From an uncultured Gemmatimonadaceae bacterium (lineage in GTDB: Bacteria > Gemmatimonadota > Gemmatimonadetes > Gemmatimonadales > Gemmatimonadaceae), in NCBI GenBank assembly GCA_963817955.1, contig CAWFQK010000003.1:192001-256000 (forward strand): 64,000 nt of DNA, in the 5' to 3' direction. Each line of letters opens with the position of its first letter. Position 1 is the first letter of the stretch. A program made the position numbers and the translations under genes. The notes beneath the pieces are model-generated. The model was not told the DNA's origin. It was given only the letters and a program-made list of their open reading frames with translations, and did no database searches. Below are positions 30,316-40,056 of this stretch, in pieces.

Positions 30316-30774
30316 TCATTTGCCGTGCGACAGGCGCACCAGGCGATCGATGAGCGTTTGGCGAGCCTCGGCAGACCGGCAGACAATGAGTACGGTGTTC
30401 TCGCCAGCCAACGTGCCGATGATCTCTGGCCATCCCTGCGAGTCAATGGCCTCGGCAATCGGTTGTGCGCCACTGGGAAGGGTGTGAAGGACGACGAGTT
30501 CACCGACGCCATCCACGCGCGAGAATAATTGTGGTAACAGCATGCCAAGAGCCGGCTTAGACTCGTCGGACACCATCTCCGGCAGCATGTAGCGAGAGCC
30601 GTCTTCGCCCGGCGCTCGCACCACACCAAGGTCGCGTAAGTCGCGCGATAATGTCGCCTGGGTCACGATCAGCCCACGGGCCGCAAGGAGCTGCTTCAGC
30701 TCCTCCTGGCTCGCCACATGGTGACCGCTCACGAGCTGAACGATCGCGTTCTGGCGCGCTTCCTTGTTGCTCAT
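30316..30774 (-). CDS. argR: Arginine repressor
   Basis: SQEEL, TQATLSRDL and GTLAGENT motifs; ATG start at 30774 chosen. Confidence 0.93.
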   Translation of the reverse strand: MSNKEARQNAIVQLVSGHHVASQEELKQLLAARGLIVTQATLSRDLRDLGVVRAPGEDGSRYMLPEMVSDESKPALGMLLPQLFSRVDGVGELVVLHTLPSGAQPIAEAIDSQGWPEIIGTLAGENTVLIVCRSAEARQTLIDRLVRLSHGK

Positions 30775-30848
30775 CGATGGTTCGGTATCAATAGCACCGG
30801 AATTGGCCACAGGCGGCCTCTGAGTGATCGTGGGATTGACTTCGGAGC

Positions 30849-30887
30849 GGTGAATTATTATGCATCACGTGTGAATATAATACCGAT
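30849..30887. promoter_or_regulatory. Tandem ARG boxes between argR and argC
   Basis: GGTGAATTATTATGCATC-N3-TGTGAATATAATACCGAT; the second box overlaps the argC GTG. Confidence 0.75.
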
Positions 30888-31830
30888 CGGGGTGCTCGGG
30901 GCCAGCGGTTATGCCGGCCGCGAGCTCTGCGCACTCATTCATCGCCACCCGGCGCTTTCGCTCGCCTTTGCCACGGCGAACGACCAACGCGGCAGCTCCG
31001 CCCGCCTCGGCGGACGGGACGTAACGTTCGTCGCGCCCGATGATGTCAATCTGAGTGACGCCGAACTCGTGTTCAGTGCCCTGCCGCATGGTGCATCCAT
31101 GGAATGGGTTCAGCGTGCGCAAGCGGCCGGTGTCCGCGTGGTTGATCTATCGGTAGACCTGCGTCCCGGCAATGGGTGCCAGGGTTTCGCCTACGGTCTC
31201 ACGGAACTCAACCGGGAGTTGGTGAAAGGCGCCAGTGTCGTCGCCAATCCAGGGTGCTATCCCACGTCCATCCTCATGGCGCTGGCACCCCTGGTGGAGC
31301 GCGGACTCGTCGCCGACGGTGGGACGATCATCGCCAACTCCGCAAGCGGTGTGACGGGTGCCGGCAACTCGCCGAAACGCGAGCTGCTGTTCGCCGAGGT
31401 GGCGGACGACTACCGCGCGTACGGCATTGGCAACACGCACCGCCACCTGAAGGAAATGCGGGCGACGCTCGACAGCTGGGGCTCTCCGGCAGATCTGGTT
31501 TTCACGCCGCACCTGCTGCCAGTCGCGCGCGGCATCCTGTCATCGATCACCGTGCCGCTCACCAGAGCACTCCCCGACGCGCTCGAGCCATGGCGGGCCG
31601 CGTTTGCCAATGAGCCTTGCATTGAGATCACGGATTGCACGCCGTCTCTCAAGGACGTGGCCCACCGGAACATTGTCCGCATTTCGGCGACCATGGTGGC
31701 TGGAACGCGCGCGCCGATGCTGCTCGTGACCTCGGCGATCGACAATCTGATGAAAGGCGCTGCCGGACAGGCGGTTCAGAACGCGAACCTCATGCTGGGT
31801 CTCGACGAAACCCTCGGGCTGCCGTTATGA
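30871..31830 (+). CDS. argC: N-acetyl-gamma-glutamyl-phosphate reductase
   Basis: GASGYAG, ANPGCYPT, SGVTGAG and DNLMKGAAGQAVQN motifs. Confidence 0.96.
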   Translation: MNIIPIGVLGASGYAGRELCALIHRHPALSLAFATANDQRGSSARLGGRDVTFVAPDDVNLSDAELVFSALPHGASMEWVQRAQAAGVRVVDLSVDLRPGNGCQGFAYGLTELNRELVKGASVVANPGCYPTSILMALAPLVERGLVADGGTIIANSASGVTGAGNSPKRELLFAEVADDYRAYGIGNTHRHLKEMRATLDSWGSPADLVFTPHLLPVARGILSSITVPLTRALPDALEPWRAAFANEPCIEITDCTPSLKDVAHRNIVRISATMVAGTRAPMLLVTSAIDNLMKGAAGQAVQNANLMLGLDETLGLPL

Positions 31831-32585
31831 CGCGCGTCATCAAGGTCGGTGGCCGGCCGCAGAGCAATCCCACGTTATCGGCGACGCTTGCCGCGGTCAG
31901 TCGTACGAATGGGGGCGTCGTGCTCGTGCATGGCGGTGGAGATGAAGTGACCACGCTGCAATCGATCCTTGGCGGGAGCACGACGTTCGTGAACGGCCGT
32001 CGCGTGACAACCGAGAAAGACATAGAGATCCTTCGGATGGCGCTCTCGGGAAGCGCGAACAAGCGGCTCGTCTCGTCGCTCATCACGAGCGGTGTTTCGG
32101 CGGTGGGCGTGTCCGGCGAGGACGCCGCGCTGATTGGCGCCTTGCCGATGGACGCTGAACGGCTCGGCCATGTCGGTACGCCGGCGTCGATCAACGTCAC
32201 GTTCCTGAGGCACCTGCTCGCCGGTGGATATCTGCCGGTGATCTCGCCCGTCAGCCGCGGCGCGAGTGGCACTCCAAACGCGGCCCTGAATGTGAACGGG
32301 GACGATGCCGCCGCGGCAATCGCCGTGGCGCTGGAAGCGACTGAGCTGCTGCTCGTGGCCGATGTGGAAGGGGTCATGCGAGATGGCGTGGTGATCCGCT
32401 CGCTCACCCCGGACGGGGTGCACGAGCTGATCGCGGACGGAACGGCCGCGGGCGGTATGCATGCCAAGCTGCAGGCGGCGTTGACGGCGGTGGCGGGCGG
32501 AGTCCGGCGCGTGCGCATCTCGGATATCGCGGCGATCTCAGACGCCGATCGTGGAACGGTATTGCAGCCCATTGGAGAATTGTGA
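31827..32585 (+). CDS. argB: Acetylglutamate kinase
   Basis: VIKVGG, VHGGG, GRRVT, NVNGD and GGMHAK motifs; ATGA overlap. Confidence 0.94.
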   Translation: MTRVIKVGGRPQSNPTLSATLAAVSRTNGGVVLVHGGGDEVTTLQSILGGSTTFVNGRRVTTEKDIEILRMALSGSANKRLVSSLITSGVSAVGVSGEDAALIGALPMDAERLGHVGTPASINVTFLRHLLAGGYLPVISPVSRGASGTPNAALNVNGDDAAAAIAVALEATELLLVADVEGVMRDGVVIRSLTPDGVHELIADGTAAGGMHAKLQAALTAVAGGVRRVRISDIAAISDADRGTVLQPIGEL

Positions 32586-33808
32586 TGACTATTTCACTCG
32601 AGTCGGCAGGCGTGGCGAGCGACGCGACGAGCACGACGGCCGCCGCCGGCGTCTCGCCGGCGGATGCGCTGCTCGGCACCTACAAGAGAGCGCCCGTTCA
32701 GTTTGTGCGCGGAGAAGGCGTGTATCTCACGGACGCCACCGACAAGCGCTACCTGGATTTCGTGAGCGGTATCGCGGTCAATGCGCTTGGCTATGGCGAC
32801 CCGGGCCTCCGCGCCGCGATGCACGCCGCAACCGACGGCCTGATCCACGTGTCGAACCTGTACGCAACCGAACCCGGCGAGCGCCTCGCCGCCACGCTCG
32901 TGGCGAAATCGTTCGCGGACAAGGCGTTCTTCTGCAACTCCGGCGCTGAGGCGAACGAAGGCGCGTTCAAGTTCGCACGTCGCTGGGCAGGCACGCGGGC
33001 CGATGCCAAGCACGAGATCGTTTCCCTGCGCGGAGCATTTCACGGCCGCCTCTTCGGCACCCTCGCGGCCACCGACCGGCCCTCGTATCGCGCGCCCTTC
33101 CAGCCGCTCGCCGGTGGCATCAGTATCGTCGAACGTGACATTGAAGACATCGCAAGCGCACTGAATTCCGAGACGACTGCGGCGCTCATTCTCGAGCCGG
33201 TGCAGGGCGAAGGCGGCGTGCGCGTGCTCGACGCCGGCTTTGTTCGCGAAGTGCGCGCGTTGACCAAGGAGCGCGACGTCGCGCTGATCCTCGACGAGAT
33301 CCAATGCGGCCTCGGCCGAACCGGGACGCTGTTCGCCTACGAGCAGTTCGGTGTCGAGCCAGACATCCTTACGCTCGCGAAGCCGATTGCCGGTGGTTTG
33401 CCGATGGGTGCGATTCTCATCACGCAAGCAATTGCCGACACGATCAAGCCTGGCGACCACGGTACCACATTCGGCGGCGGCCCGTTCGTGGCGTCGGTGG
33501 CGAACTACGTGGTCGGGCGCCTGTCCGACCCGGCACTCCTCCGCCACGTACACGACAACGGCCTCTGGTTTGGCAAGCAGCTGCAGGACATCGCACACCG
33601 CACCGGTCGCATTCGTGCTGTGCGTGGCCTGGGATACATTTGGGGAATTGACGTCATGGGCACTGCGTCGCACGTCGTGAACGAAGCCTTCGCGGCCGGA
33701 CTGCTCACCTGCGCGGCCGGCGATTACACCGTGCGTCTGCTGCCGCCGCTCGTCGCGACGCGCGATGAGCTCGCCCTCGGTCTCGGGATCCTCGAAGAGA
33801 TCCTCTGA
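32582..33808 (+). CDS. argD: Acetylornithine aminotransferase
   Basis: CNSGAEANE, FHGR, EPVQGEGG, DEIQCG, LAK and HGTTFGG motifs. Confidence 0.94.
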   Translation: MMTISLESAGVASDATSTTAAAGVSPADALLGTYKRAPVQFVRGEGVYLTDATDKRYLDFVSGIAVNALGYGDPGLRAAMHAATDGLIHVSNLYATEPGERLAATLVAKSFADKAFFCNSGAEANEGAFKFARRWAGTRADAKHEIVSLRGAFHGRLFGTLAATDRPSYRAPFQPLAGGISIVERDIEDIASALNSETTAALILEPVQGEGGVRVLDAGFVREVRALTKERDVALILDEIQCGLGRTGTLFAYEQFGVEPDILTLAKPIAGGLPMGAILITQAIADTIKPGDHGTTFGGGPFVASVANYVVGRLSDPALLRHVHDNGLWFGKQLQDIAHRTGRIRAVRGLGYIWGIDVMGTASHVVNEAFAAGLLTCAAGDYTVRLLPPLVATRDELALGLGILEEIL

Positions 33809-34299
33809 TGACGGCCGATGTCGTCATCCGGCGCGCACGCCCGTCGGATGCGGAGGCGATCGCCCGCCTGATCGCGGTATTCGCGGCCGAAGCGCTGATG
33901 CTTCGCCGTACGCCCGAGATGGTGGCGCTGGCGATCGACGATTACGTATTGGGCGTGAACCCCAACGGCGACATCGTGGCGTGCGGCGCACTCAAGGAGT
34001 ACTCGCCTTCGGTCGCGGAGGTCGCGGCGATCGCCGTGTCGCGTGACGTGCACGGCTGCGGGGTCGGCAAGGCAATCGTGAGCGCGGTAGAAGACCTGGC
34101 GCTCAAGCGCGGCATCTACGATGTCTTTGCGCTCACGTTGCAGCCGGCATTTTTTTCGGCGATCGGCTACCAACGCGTTGATCGGGCGCGCTATCCGGAG
34201 AAGATCCGGCGCGACTGCCTGTCGTGTACGCGGCGCTTTGCCTGCAACGAGATCTGCTTCGCGAAGAATCTTCAGTTACAGGCAATGGCAGCCGCATAG
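33808..34299 (+). CDS. argA: Short GNAT N-acetylglutamate synthase (ArgA-like)
   Basis: GNAT fold, C-terminal PEKI..DC..C...C.E motif, located in the arg operon. Confidence 0.75.
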   Translation: MTADVVIRRARPSDAEAIARLIAVFAAEALMLRRTPEMVALAIDDYVLGVNPNGDIVACGALKEYSPSVAEVAAIAVSRDVHGCGVGKAIVSAVEDLALKRGIYDVFALTLQPAFFSAIGYQRVDRARYPEKIRRDCLSCTRRFACNEICFAKNLQLQAMAAA

Positions 34300-34358
34300 G
34301 CCTGCTCGTTGCTGGCTGCTCGCTATGGTCAAGATTCGAACTTGATAGATTCTGAGGA

Positions 34359-34973
34359 ATGAAACGTCCGAAGCACACTGTTGGGCTGCGCGGACTTCCT
34401 CAGGCGTTCGACGAGGTCCGGTTTGGTGCGAAGCGCACGTTGAATCTGCGCGAGTCGCTACCGACCGCGGCCGACGCGTCGGCGCGCGCCGAGGCGTGGC
34501 TAAGGCAGCAACAAGTGGATCGCCCGGACGAAGTGCTGATCATCACTGGCCGCGGGAATCAGAGCGAAGGCGGTTACTCAGTGGTCCGCGAGGCGGTCAT
34601 TCGGTTGTTGTACAGCTTGAAGCGCAAAGGCGTCGTCGGCGGCCACCAGGAGCACACCGCTGGCTCGTTCGTCGTCACCCTTGCCCCCGTATCCGCCCTC
34701 TGGGAGTCGCCGAAGCGGAACAACGGGCGTGGAGTGGCCCCACCACCAGCGACACCGCCTTCGCTCGACGACCTCGATGGCGAGACGCAGGTGCTGCTGC
34801 GCAATCTCGCCGAGCGTGCACTTGAAGAGTTGGGTGTCAAGGACACCGCCGCGTTCCTGCATGGCGAAATGCTGAAACAATTCGGCGCACTCGCAGCCAC
34901 GGTCGGTAGCGCCCCGGGGCGCGAGGCGCGCCTTCGCGCTGCCGTCCGCGCCGCGCTCGACCAGCACGAATGA
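34359..34973 (+). CDS. Smr/MutS2 C-terminal domain protein
   Basis: TLNLR, VLIITGRGNQS and GSFVV motifs. Confidence 0.8.
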   Translation: MKRPKHTVGLRGLPQAFDEVRFGAKRTLNLRESLPTAADASARAEAWLRQQQVDRPDEVLIITGRGNQSEGGYSVVREAVIRLLYSLKRKGVVGGHQEHTAGSFVVTLAPVSALWESPKRNNGRGVAPPPATPPSLDDLDGETQVLLRNLAERALEELGVKDTAAFLHGEMLKQFGALAATVGSAPGREARLRAAVRAALDQHE

Positions 34974-37123
34974 GCGATGTCCGTTCTTCCGCGGTAGGTT
35001 GTTTGTCTCACTTCCACACGGGTCTACACGTGCACACACGCATTGCCCTGGCGTTGCTCGTCGGATTGAGCGCGTCCGCGTCGTCGCAGCAGATGGTGGG
35101 ATACTCGGCCAATAGCGCCACCCGCGAACGCCAGATCGAAGCCGACGCCATCAAGCGTCCATCCCCGGCGAGTGCGGCGGCGCAGTCGAAAGTGCTGTCA
35201 CGCGAGACCCATGTTTCCGGTACGCCGGCGCAGGCTCGCACGCGCGATTATGTGATCGATCAAATGAAGAAGTGGGGAATCGACACAGAAGTGCGCACGT
35301 ACGACGTCTGGATGCCGCATCCGACGTCGGTGCACGTGTCGCGCGTGTCGCCCCAGCCCAAAGAGTTTGCTCTCGCCGAGCCGCCTGTTGCCAGTGATCC
35401 CACGTCGAAACTGGCACAGTACCCGACAGTCAACGGCTACAGTGGGGAAGGCGACGTCACTGCCGATGTCGTGTATGTGAACTACGGCCTCATCGAGGAT
35501 TATGCGCAGCTCGACTCGATGGGCGTGTCGGTAAAAGGGAAGATTGCCATTGCGCGCTACGGTCGCTCGTTCCGCGGCATCAAGGCGCGGGAAGCGGAGA
35601 AGCATGGCGCCCTCGGCCTGATCATCTATAGCGATCCGCAGGACGATGGATACGTCGCAGGCGATGTGTATCCTGACGGGCCGATGCGCAACAGCAATGG
35701 CGTCCAGCGCGGAAGCGTTCTCAACATCGACGGAGATCCTTCGACTCCCGGGTACGGCAGCACCGCCGGCGTCCCCCGACTGACGCCCGACAAGATGGAG
35801 ATCCCGCACATCCCGGTCGTCCCGATCAGCTACGGCAATGCCAGCGAGCTGCTGAAGTACCTAAAAGGAAAGGACGTGCCGCGGGGGTGGCAGGGCGGCT
35901 TGCCCTTTCACTACCATGCCGGTCCCGGGCCGGTGCGTGCGCGCGTCGCCGTGAAGGATGATCGGGCAACCAAGGCGATGAAGCCAATCTACGACACGTT
36001 CGGAATCGTGCGGGGCAGCGAGTTCCCGAACGAGCTGGTCATCATCGGGGGGCATCGCGATGCCTGGGGTCCCGGCGCGGCCGATAACGTCAGCGGCACC
36101 GTGAGCATTCTCGAAGCAGCGCGCGCGGTGGCTGAAGGACTCAAGGCCGGCATTCGGCCCAAGCGGACGATCATCTTTGCGACATGGGATGCCGAAGAGT
36201 GGGGTCTGCTTGGTTCCACGGAATTCGTCGAAGACGATTCGTTGCGACTGAGCCGTGATGCGGTGGTCTACTTCAACCAGGACGTTGCCGCGCAGGGCGC
36301 GCGCTTCAGCGGCGGGGGTTCGCCGTCGCTACGCGCGACACTTCGCGACGTCGCCCGCACCGTGCCCGATCCGAACGGAAAGGGCAGTGTGTACGGCGAA
36401 TGGCGCCGCGCAACCGCGGTCGCGGATACAGCGGAACCGGCGATGGGAGATCCGGGCGGCGGTTCGGATTTCGCCGGGTTCTACAATCACCTTGGCATTC
36501 CGATCGCGGAGTGGGGCTTCGGCGGCCCGGGCGGAGTGTACCACTCGCAGTACGACAGCTACACATGGATCTCCAAGTTCGGTGATCCCGGCTTCCTGTA
36601 CCATGCTGCCGCGGCCCGTGTTGGCACGGCAATGCTTCTGCGGATCGCGAACGCCGACGTGCTGCCATTCGACTACGTGGAATACGCGCGCACCATGCGT
36701 CGCTATCTGCCCGGCATTGACCGGGCCGTGGCGACGCATCACTGGAATGCGCCGACGACTGCGCTCGGTCTGGCGATCGATCGGCTGGAGCGAGAGGGCG
36801 CCGCGTTCGGCAGCGCGCGCGATTCGGCGCTCGCGGGCTCGGTGACGACGACGGCGCTCCAACAAACGAATCACGCGCTCATGCAGGTGGAACGAGCGCT
36901 CGTTCGGTCGGAAGGGCTGCGCACGCGGCCCTGGTTTCGCAACCTGATCTACGTGGCCGACGAAAATAACGGATACGCGAACATGGTCTTGCCGTCGATC
37001 AACGAAGCGATTCGCGGCAACGACGAAGCGCTGACGCGGAGTGAAATCGCGGACCTGGCTGGCCGCTTCGATCGCGCGGCGCAAACACTGGTTACGGCGC
37101 GTGAGGCGCTGCGGGTCCACTAG
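34970..37123 (+). CDS. M28 glutamate carboxypeptidase II-like peptidase (PA and TFR-dimer domains)
   Basis: YVNYG, VQRGS, GGHRDAW, GAADN.SG, WDAEEWG, GSDF and YHS.YD motifs; alternative start 35030. Confidence 0.92.
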   Translation: MSDVRSSAVGCLSHFHTGLHVHTRIALALLVGLSASASSQQMVGYSANSATRERQIEADAIKRPSPASAAAQSKVLSRETHVSGTPAQARTRDYVIDQMKKWGIDTEVRTYDVWMPHPTSVHVSRVSPQPKEFALAEPPVASDPTSKLAQYPTVNGYSGEGDVTADVVYVNYGLIEDYAQLDSMGVSVKGKIAIARYGRSFRGIKAREAEKHGALGLIIYSDPQDDGYVAGDVYPDGPMRNSNGVQRGSVLNIDGDPSTPGYGSTAGVPRLTPDKMEIPHIPVVPISYGNASELLKYLKGKDVPRGWQGGLPFHYHAGPGPVRARVAVKDDRATKAMKPIYDTFGIVRGSEFPNELVIIGGHRDAWGPGAADNVSGTVSILEAARAVAEGLKAGIRPKRTIIFATWDAEEWGLLGSTEFVEDDSLRLSRDAVVYFNQDVAAQGARFSGGGSPSLRATLRDVARTVPDPNGKGSVYGEWRRATAVADTAEPAMGDPGGGSDFAGFYNHLGIPIAEWGFGGPGGVYHSQYDSYTWISKFGDPGFLYHAAAARVGTAMLLRIANADVLPFDYVEYARTMRRYLPGIDRAVATHHWNAPTTALGLAIDRLEREGAAFGSARDSALAGSVTTTALQQTNHALMQVERALVRSEGLRTRPWFRNLIYVADENNGYANMVLPSINEAIRGNDEALTRSEIADLAGRFDRAAQTLVTAREALRVH

Positions 37124-37285
37124 CACGTTGCGGTAGGCACAACCGAGCCGGACCGTGTGGCGGGGCTCCGCGTCCAGCGAAGCTCCGCCACTGATCGCCG
37201 ATCAGCGAACTGTCAAGCGCGGCCCGGACATTGCAACCGCGAAATACGGGTTGCGGATGTGAGGATGGTTGTGAGGGAGACAAAC

Positions 37286-38002
37286 ATGGGATTCACGCGG
37301 CTGACCGACAGCGAGCGTGAAGCGCTCGCGGCGTACGCGGCACGCGCGTCATGGCCTGCCGGTTTCGCGATCTACCAGCGCGGGGCCGCCGCCGATGGCG
37401 TATTCGTGGTGACCGGCGGCCGTGTCGTGCTGCGGAGCCGAGTACGCGCAGGTCGCGGATTCGTTCCATGGATCGCGATGCCCGGTGAGACCTTTGGGTC
37501 CGAAGGGCTGTCGCAGAACAACCGCTATGCCACGGACGCGCGCGCTGATGAGGAAAGTGAAACTTTGTTTCTCAGTGCCGCACGCTTCCGAGCGTTCGTG
37601 CGCGAGCAGCCGCAACATTCGCTCACCCTGATCAACCAGCTGATGGCGGAGCGGACGGCGCTGCTCGACAGACTCCGTGAGCTCACCACGTTGAGCGTCG
37701 AGCAGCGGCTCGTCGCGACGCTCGTTCGCATGGCCGACCACGACATCTTCACGTGCGAGGATGGTCGGGTCACGCTCTGTGCCACGCGCTACCGGCTGTT
37801 GTGCGAGCTGGTCGGCGCCACGCGTGAGTCGGTGTCTCTGGTGCTCGGGCGGCTGACAGGCGAAGGGCTGGTCGAGCGAAAGGGCACGACGCTGATCATT
37901 GCCCGGCCGGCGCAGCTTGTCGAGCGCATGGAGCTCGGGGCACTCGATAACGAGCTGCAATTTCCGGCGATCGCCGACGGAGCCGAGCAGGCGCTCCAGT
38001 AG
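37286..38002 (+). CDS. Crp/Fnr family transcriptional regulator
   Basis: cNMP-binding PGETFG, SVEQRL, HTH GATRESVS; GAGGGAG RBS. Confidence 0.9.
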   Translation: MGFTRLTDSEREALAAYAARASWPAGFAIYQRGAAADGVFVVTGGRVVLRSRVRAGRGFVPWIAMPGETFGSEGLSQNNRYATDARADEESETLFLSAARFRAFVREQPQHSLTLINQLMAERTALLDRLRELTTLSVEQRLVATLVRMADHDIFTCEDGRVTLCATRYRLLCELVGATRESVSLVLGRLTGEGLVERKGTTLIIARPAQLVERMELGALDNELQFPAIADGAEQALQ

Positions 38003-38131
38003 GCAACGGACCAGCGGCTCGTGCGCGCCCATTCGCCTCGGCGAATGGGCGTACGTATTTTCGTACATGATGAAAGCACATCCCGCCGCGGCATTCGCGG
38101 CTCGTCGTCGTTCACCTGGCTGCAGCGGCTG

Positions 38132-39031
38132 ATGCCGATCCTCGCGGCGGTTATCGTCGTCGCTGCTGCATTGATATGGCGCGCGTCTTTCCTTCGGCGA
38201 AGAACGGCGCAGACCCTGCGTCACCGCCGGCTGGGGCCAGACGGCGTTGTGATTGGCGGCGAAGGCTTCGTACTCAATTGCGCCGGCGCGCCGGCAATTC
38301 TGCTGCTACACGGCGGCGGCGACACGCCGCAGACACTACGCTACCTCGCCGACGAATTGCACGCGCGCGGGTTTCACGTCGTCGCGCCGCTACTCCCAGG
38401 TCATGGCCGCAGCGTACGTGATTTCGCGCGCGTGACCGCGGACGATCTGACCCGCGCCGCATTCGCGAACTATGAGGAGTTGAAAAACGCCCACCCGTGG
38501 GTAGGCGTGATCGGGCTCTCTATGGGCGGGGCACTGGCCGTGCAGATTGCCGCGGCCGACCCAGGGCTACCCGTGCTTGGGCTCCTCGCACCGTACCTGG
38601 CCATGCCTCCGCGCATCGCGCGAGCCGCGCGGTTGTCCCGCGTCTGGGGATTGTTCGTCCCGATCGTTCACTCCGGAGATAGTGCTTCGGTGCGCGATCC
38701 CGTGGAGGCACGTCGTGGCCTGGCGTATGGTGTCTTCACCGCAGCAGGGCTGCGGGCACTGTATGTCACCATGCGGCGGGCCGTCGATGTTCTGCCTCGG
38801 GTGGCCGCGCCGACACTGATGATTCAGTCACGCGAGGATAACCGGATTGCGGCAATCGACGCCCAACGTGCCTTCGATCGGCTCGGCGCGACGGAGAAGC
38901 GGCTCGAGTGGACCACCGGCGCGGGCCACGTGATTACTGTCGACTACGGACGTGAACACGTGATCGCGTCAATGGCGGCGTGGATGCAGGCGCACCTGCC
39001 GGCGCGCGGATCCGGTGCGAGCCGGGACTAG
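38132..39031 (+). CDS. Alpha/beta hydrolase (carboxylesterase-like), membrane anchored
   Basis: LLHG, LPGHG, GLSMGG and GH motifs; N-terminal TM segment. Confidence 0.85.
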   Translation: MPILAAVIVVAAALIWRASFLRRRTAQTLRHRRLGPDGVVIGGEGFVLNCAGAPAILLLHGGGDTPQTLRYLADELHARGFHVVAPLLPGHGRSVRDFARVTADDLTRAAFANYEELKNAHPWVGVIGLSMGGALAVQIAAADPGLPVLGLLAPYLAMPPRIARAARLSRVWGLFVPIVHSGDSASVRDPVEARRGLAYGVFTAAGLRALYVTMRRAVDVLPRVAAPTLMIQSREDNRIAAIDAQRAFDRLGATEKRLEWTTGAGHVITVDYGREHVIASMAAWMQAHLPARGSGASRD

Positions 39032-39115
39032 TTCACGACTAACAGACTGTCGAACTACGAGTGAATCGCCAGCAATCGGTTACGCGGCTGCGAAGATCGT
39101 GATCTGAGCGAAACC

Positions 39116-39162
39116 TGTCATCCTGAGCCACTGGATGTCATCCTGAGCGGAGCGAAGGATCT
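39116..39162 (+). repeat. REP-like repeats: partial TGTCATCCTGAGC plus full TGTCATCCTGAGCGGAGCGAAGGATCT
   Basis: Two tandem starts at 39116 and 39136; a related copy lies at 5226-5254. Confidence 0.7.
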
Positions 39163-39169
39163 CCGTGAA

Positions 39170-39510
39170 CGGCGCAACAACTCTTAACGCAGAGGACGCA
39201 GAGAACTGCAAGAGAACTGCAGAGGACTGTGAAGGATTGTCTCGCAGGGAAGTCTTGGCTGATGCCGTCGTGACGCCCCGATGGTATCGCCCAGGTCGGG
39301 ATCATCACCGATATAAGCGGAATGATTGTGGACTCGGCAATCACGGTTCATTCCACCGATACGAGCTTCCCTCTTCTGTACGCTTACAGTTCTCTTTTAC
39401 AGTTCCCTTTTCCAGTTTCTCTTTTGCAGTTCTCTTTTGCAGTCCTCTGCAGTTCTCCTTGCAGTTCTCTGCGTCCTCTGCGTCCTCTGCGTTAAAAGGC
39501 TGTTGCGCCG
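39170..39510. mobile_element. Decayed element with long imperfect terminal inverted repeats and a GxxExxY-like gene fragment
   Basis: 39170-39229 matches the reverse complement of 39440-39510 (AACGCAGAGGACGCAGAG units); internal ITDISGMIVDSAITVHST. Confidence 0.6.
39301..39357 (+). pseudogene. N-terminal fragment of a GxxExxY-family protein
   Basis: IITDISGMIVDSAITVHST resembles the segment preceding LGPGLLESxY; no in-frame start and the motif itself is missing. Confidence 0.5.
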
Positions 39511-39586
39511 TCTGCGCTAAAGAACGCCGCCCGACCCTCGAACTGATCTGACTCCTGTCCAGCACTATTTCAACAGTCTGCCAACA

Positions 39587-39615
39587 GAAAACGGCCGGCA
39601 ACAGCCGGCCGTTCT
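39587..39615 (-). terminator. Intrinsic terminator for the 39649-40056 gene
   Basis: On the minus strand AACGGCCGGC-tgtt-GCCGGCCGTT followed by TT. Confidence 0.65.
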
Positions 39616-39648
39616 CCATTCGCTCTATTCGCCCGACGCTATGCGTCG

Positions 39649-40056
39649 TCAGCTCGTGACGCGATCGACGATCGATTCGCCGAAGTCCTTGAGCGTTTCC
39701 ACTCCTTCCGTTACCGCGGTCGTTGCCTGCTGTGCTACTTCGCGCGCGACACGCGAGACGCGCGTCAACGGATTATTCGACTGACGTGGTGCAGCCTTCT
39801 TGACGGGACTCTTCTTCGCGACGGTCTTTTTCGCGCTGCTCTTCTTGACCGCGCTCTTCTTCACGGCGCTCTTCTTCACCACGTTCTTCCTGGCGCTGCT
39901 CTTCTTCAATGCCGGGCCGCGCGAGCGAGCCACACTCTTCTTCTTCGCCGTTGGACGCTTGGCGCTCGAAGAACTGCCACGTGACTTCGCAACGCTGCGT
40001 TTCGGTGCAGCTTTGCCTCCAGACTTCCCGCGAGATGTCTTGGCGCGTGTTGCCAT
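39649..40056 (-). CDS. Lys/Ala/Ser-rich histone H1-like basic protein
   Basis: KKSAV/KKSSA/KKTVA pentapeptide repeats; GAGGA RBS. Confidence 0.75.
   Translation of the reverse strand: MATRAKTSRGKSGGKAAPKRSVAKSRGSSSSAKRPTAKKKSVARSRGPALKKSSARKNVVKKSAVKKSAVKKSSAKKTVAKKSPVKKAAPRQSNNPLTRVSRVAREVAQQATTAVTEGVETLKDFGESIVDRVTS

Noticed and set aside
30871..33808. LysW-dependent lysine/arginine pathway (lysY/lysZ/lysJ)
   Set aside because: No lysW or lysX/argX gene; ARG boxes, argR and a GNAT ArgA support the acetylated arginine route
39116..39510. CRISPR array
   Set aside because: The repeats are short tandem or inverted units without unique 30-40-bp spacers, and no cas genes are present
39165..39619. 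ORFs 39165-39551 (+), 39326-39520 (+) and 39341-39619 (-) as proteins
   Set aside because: Low-complexity translations of the repeat element, with no RBS or family motifs
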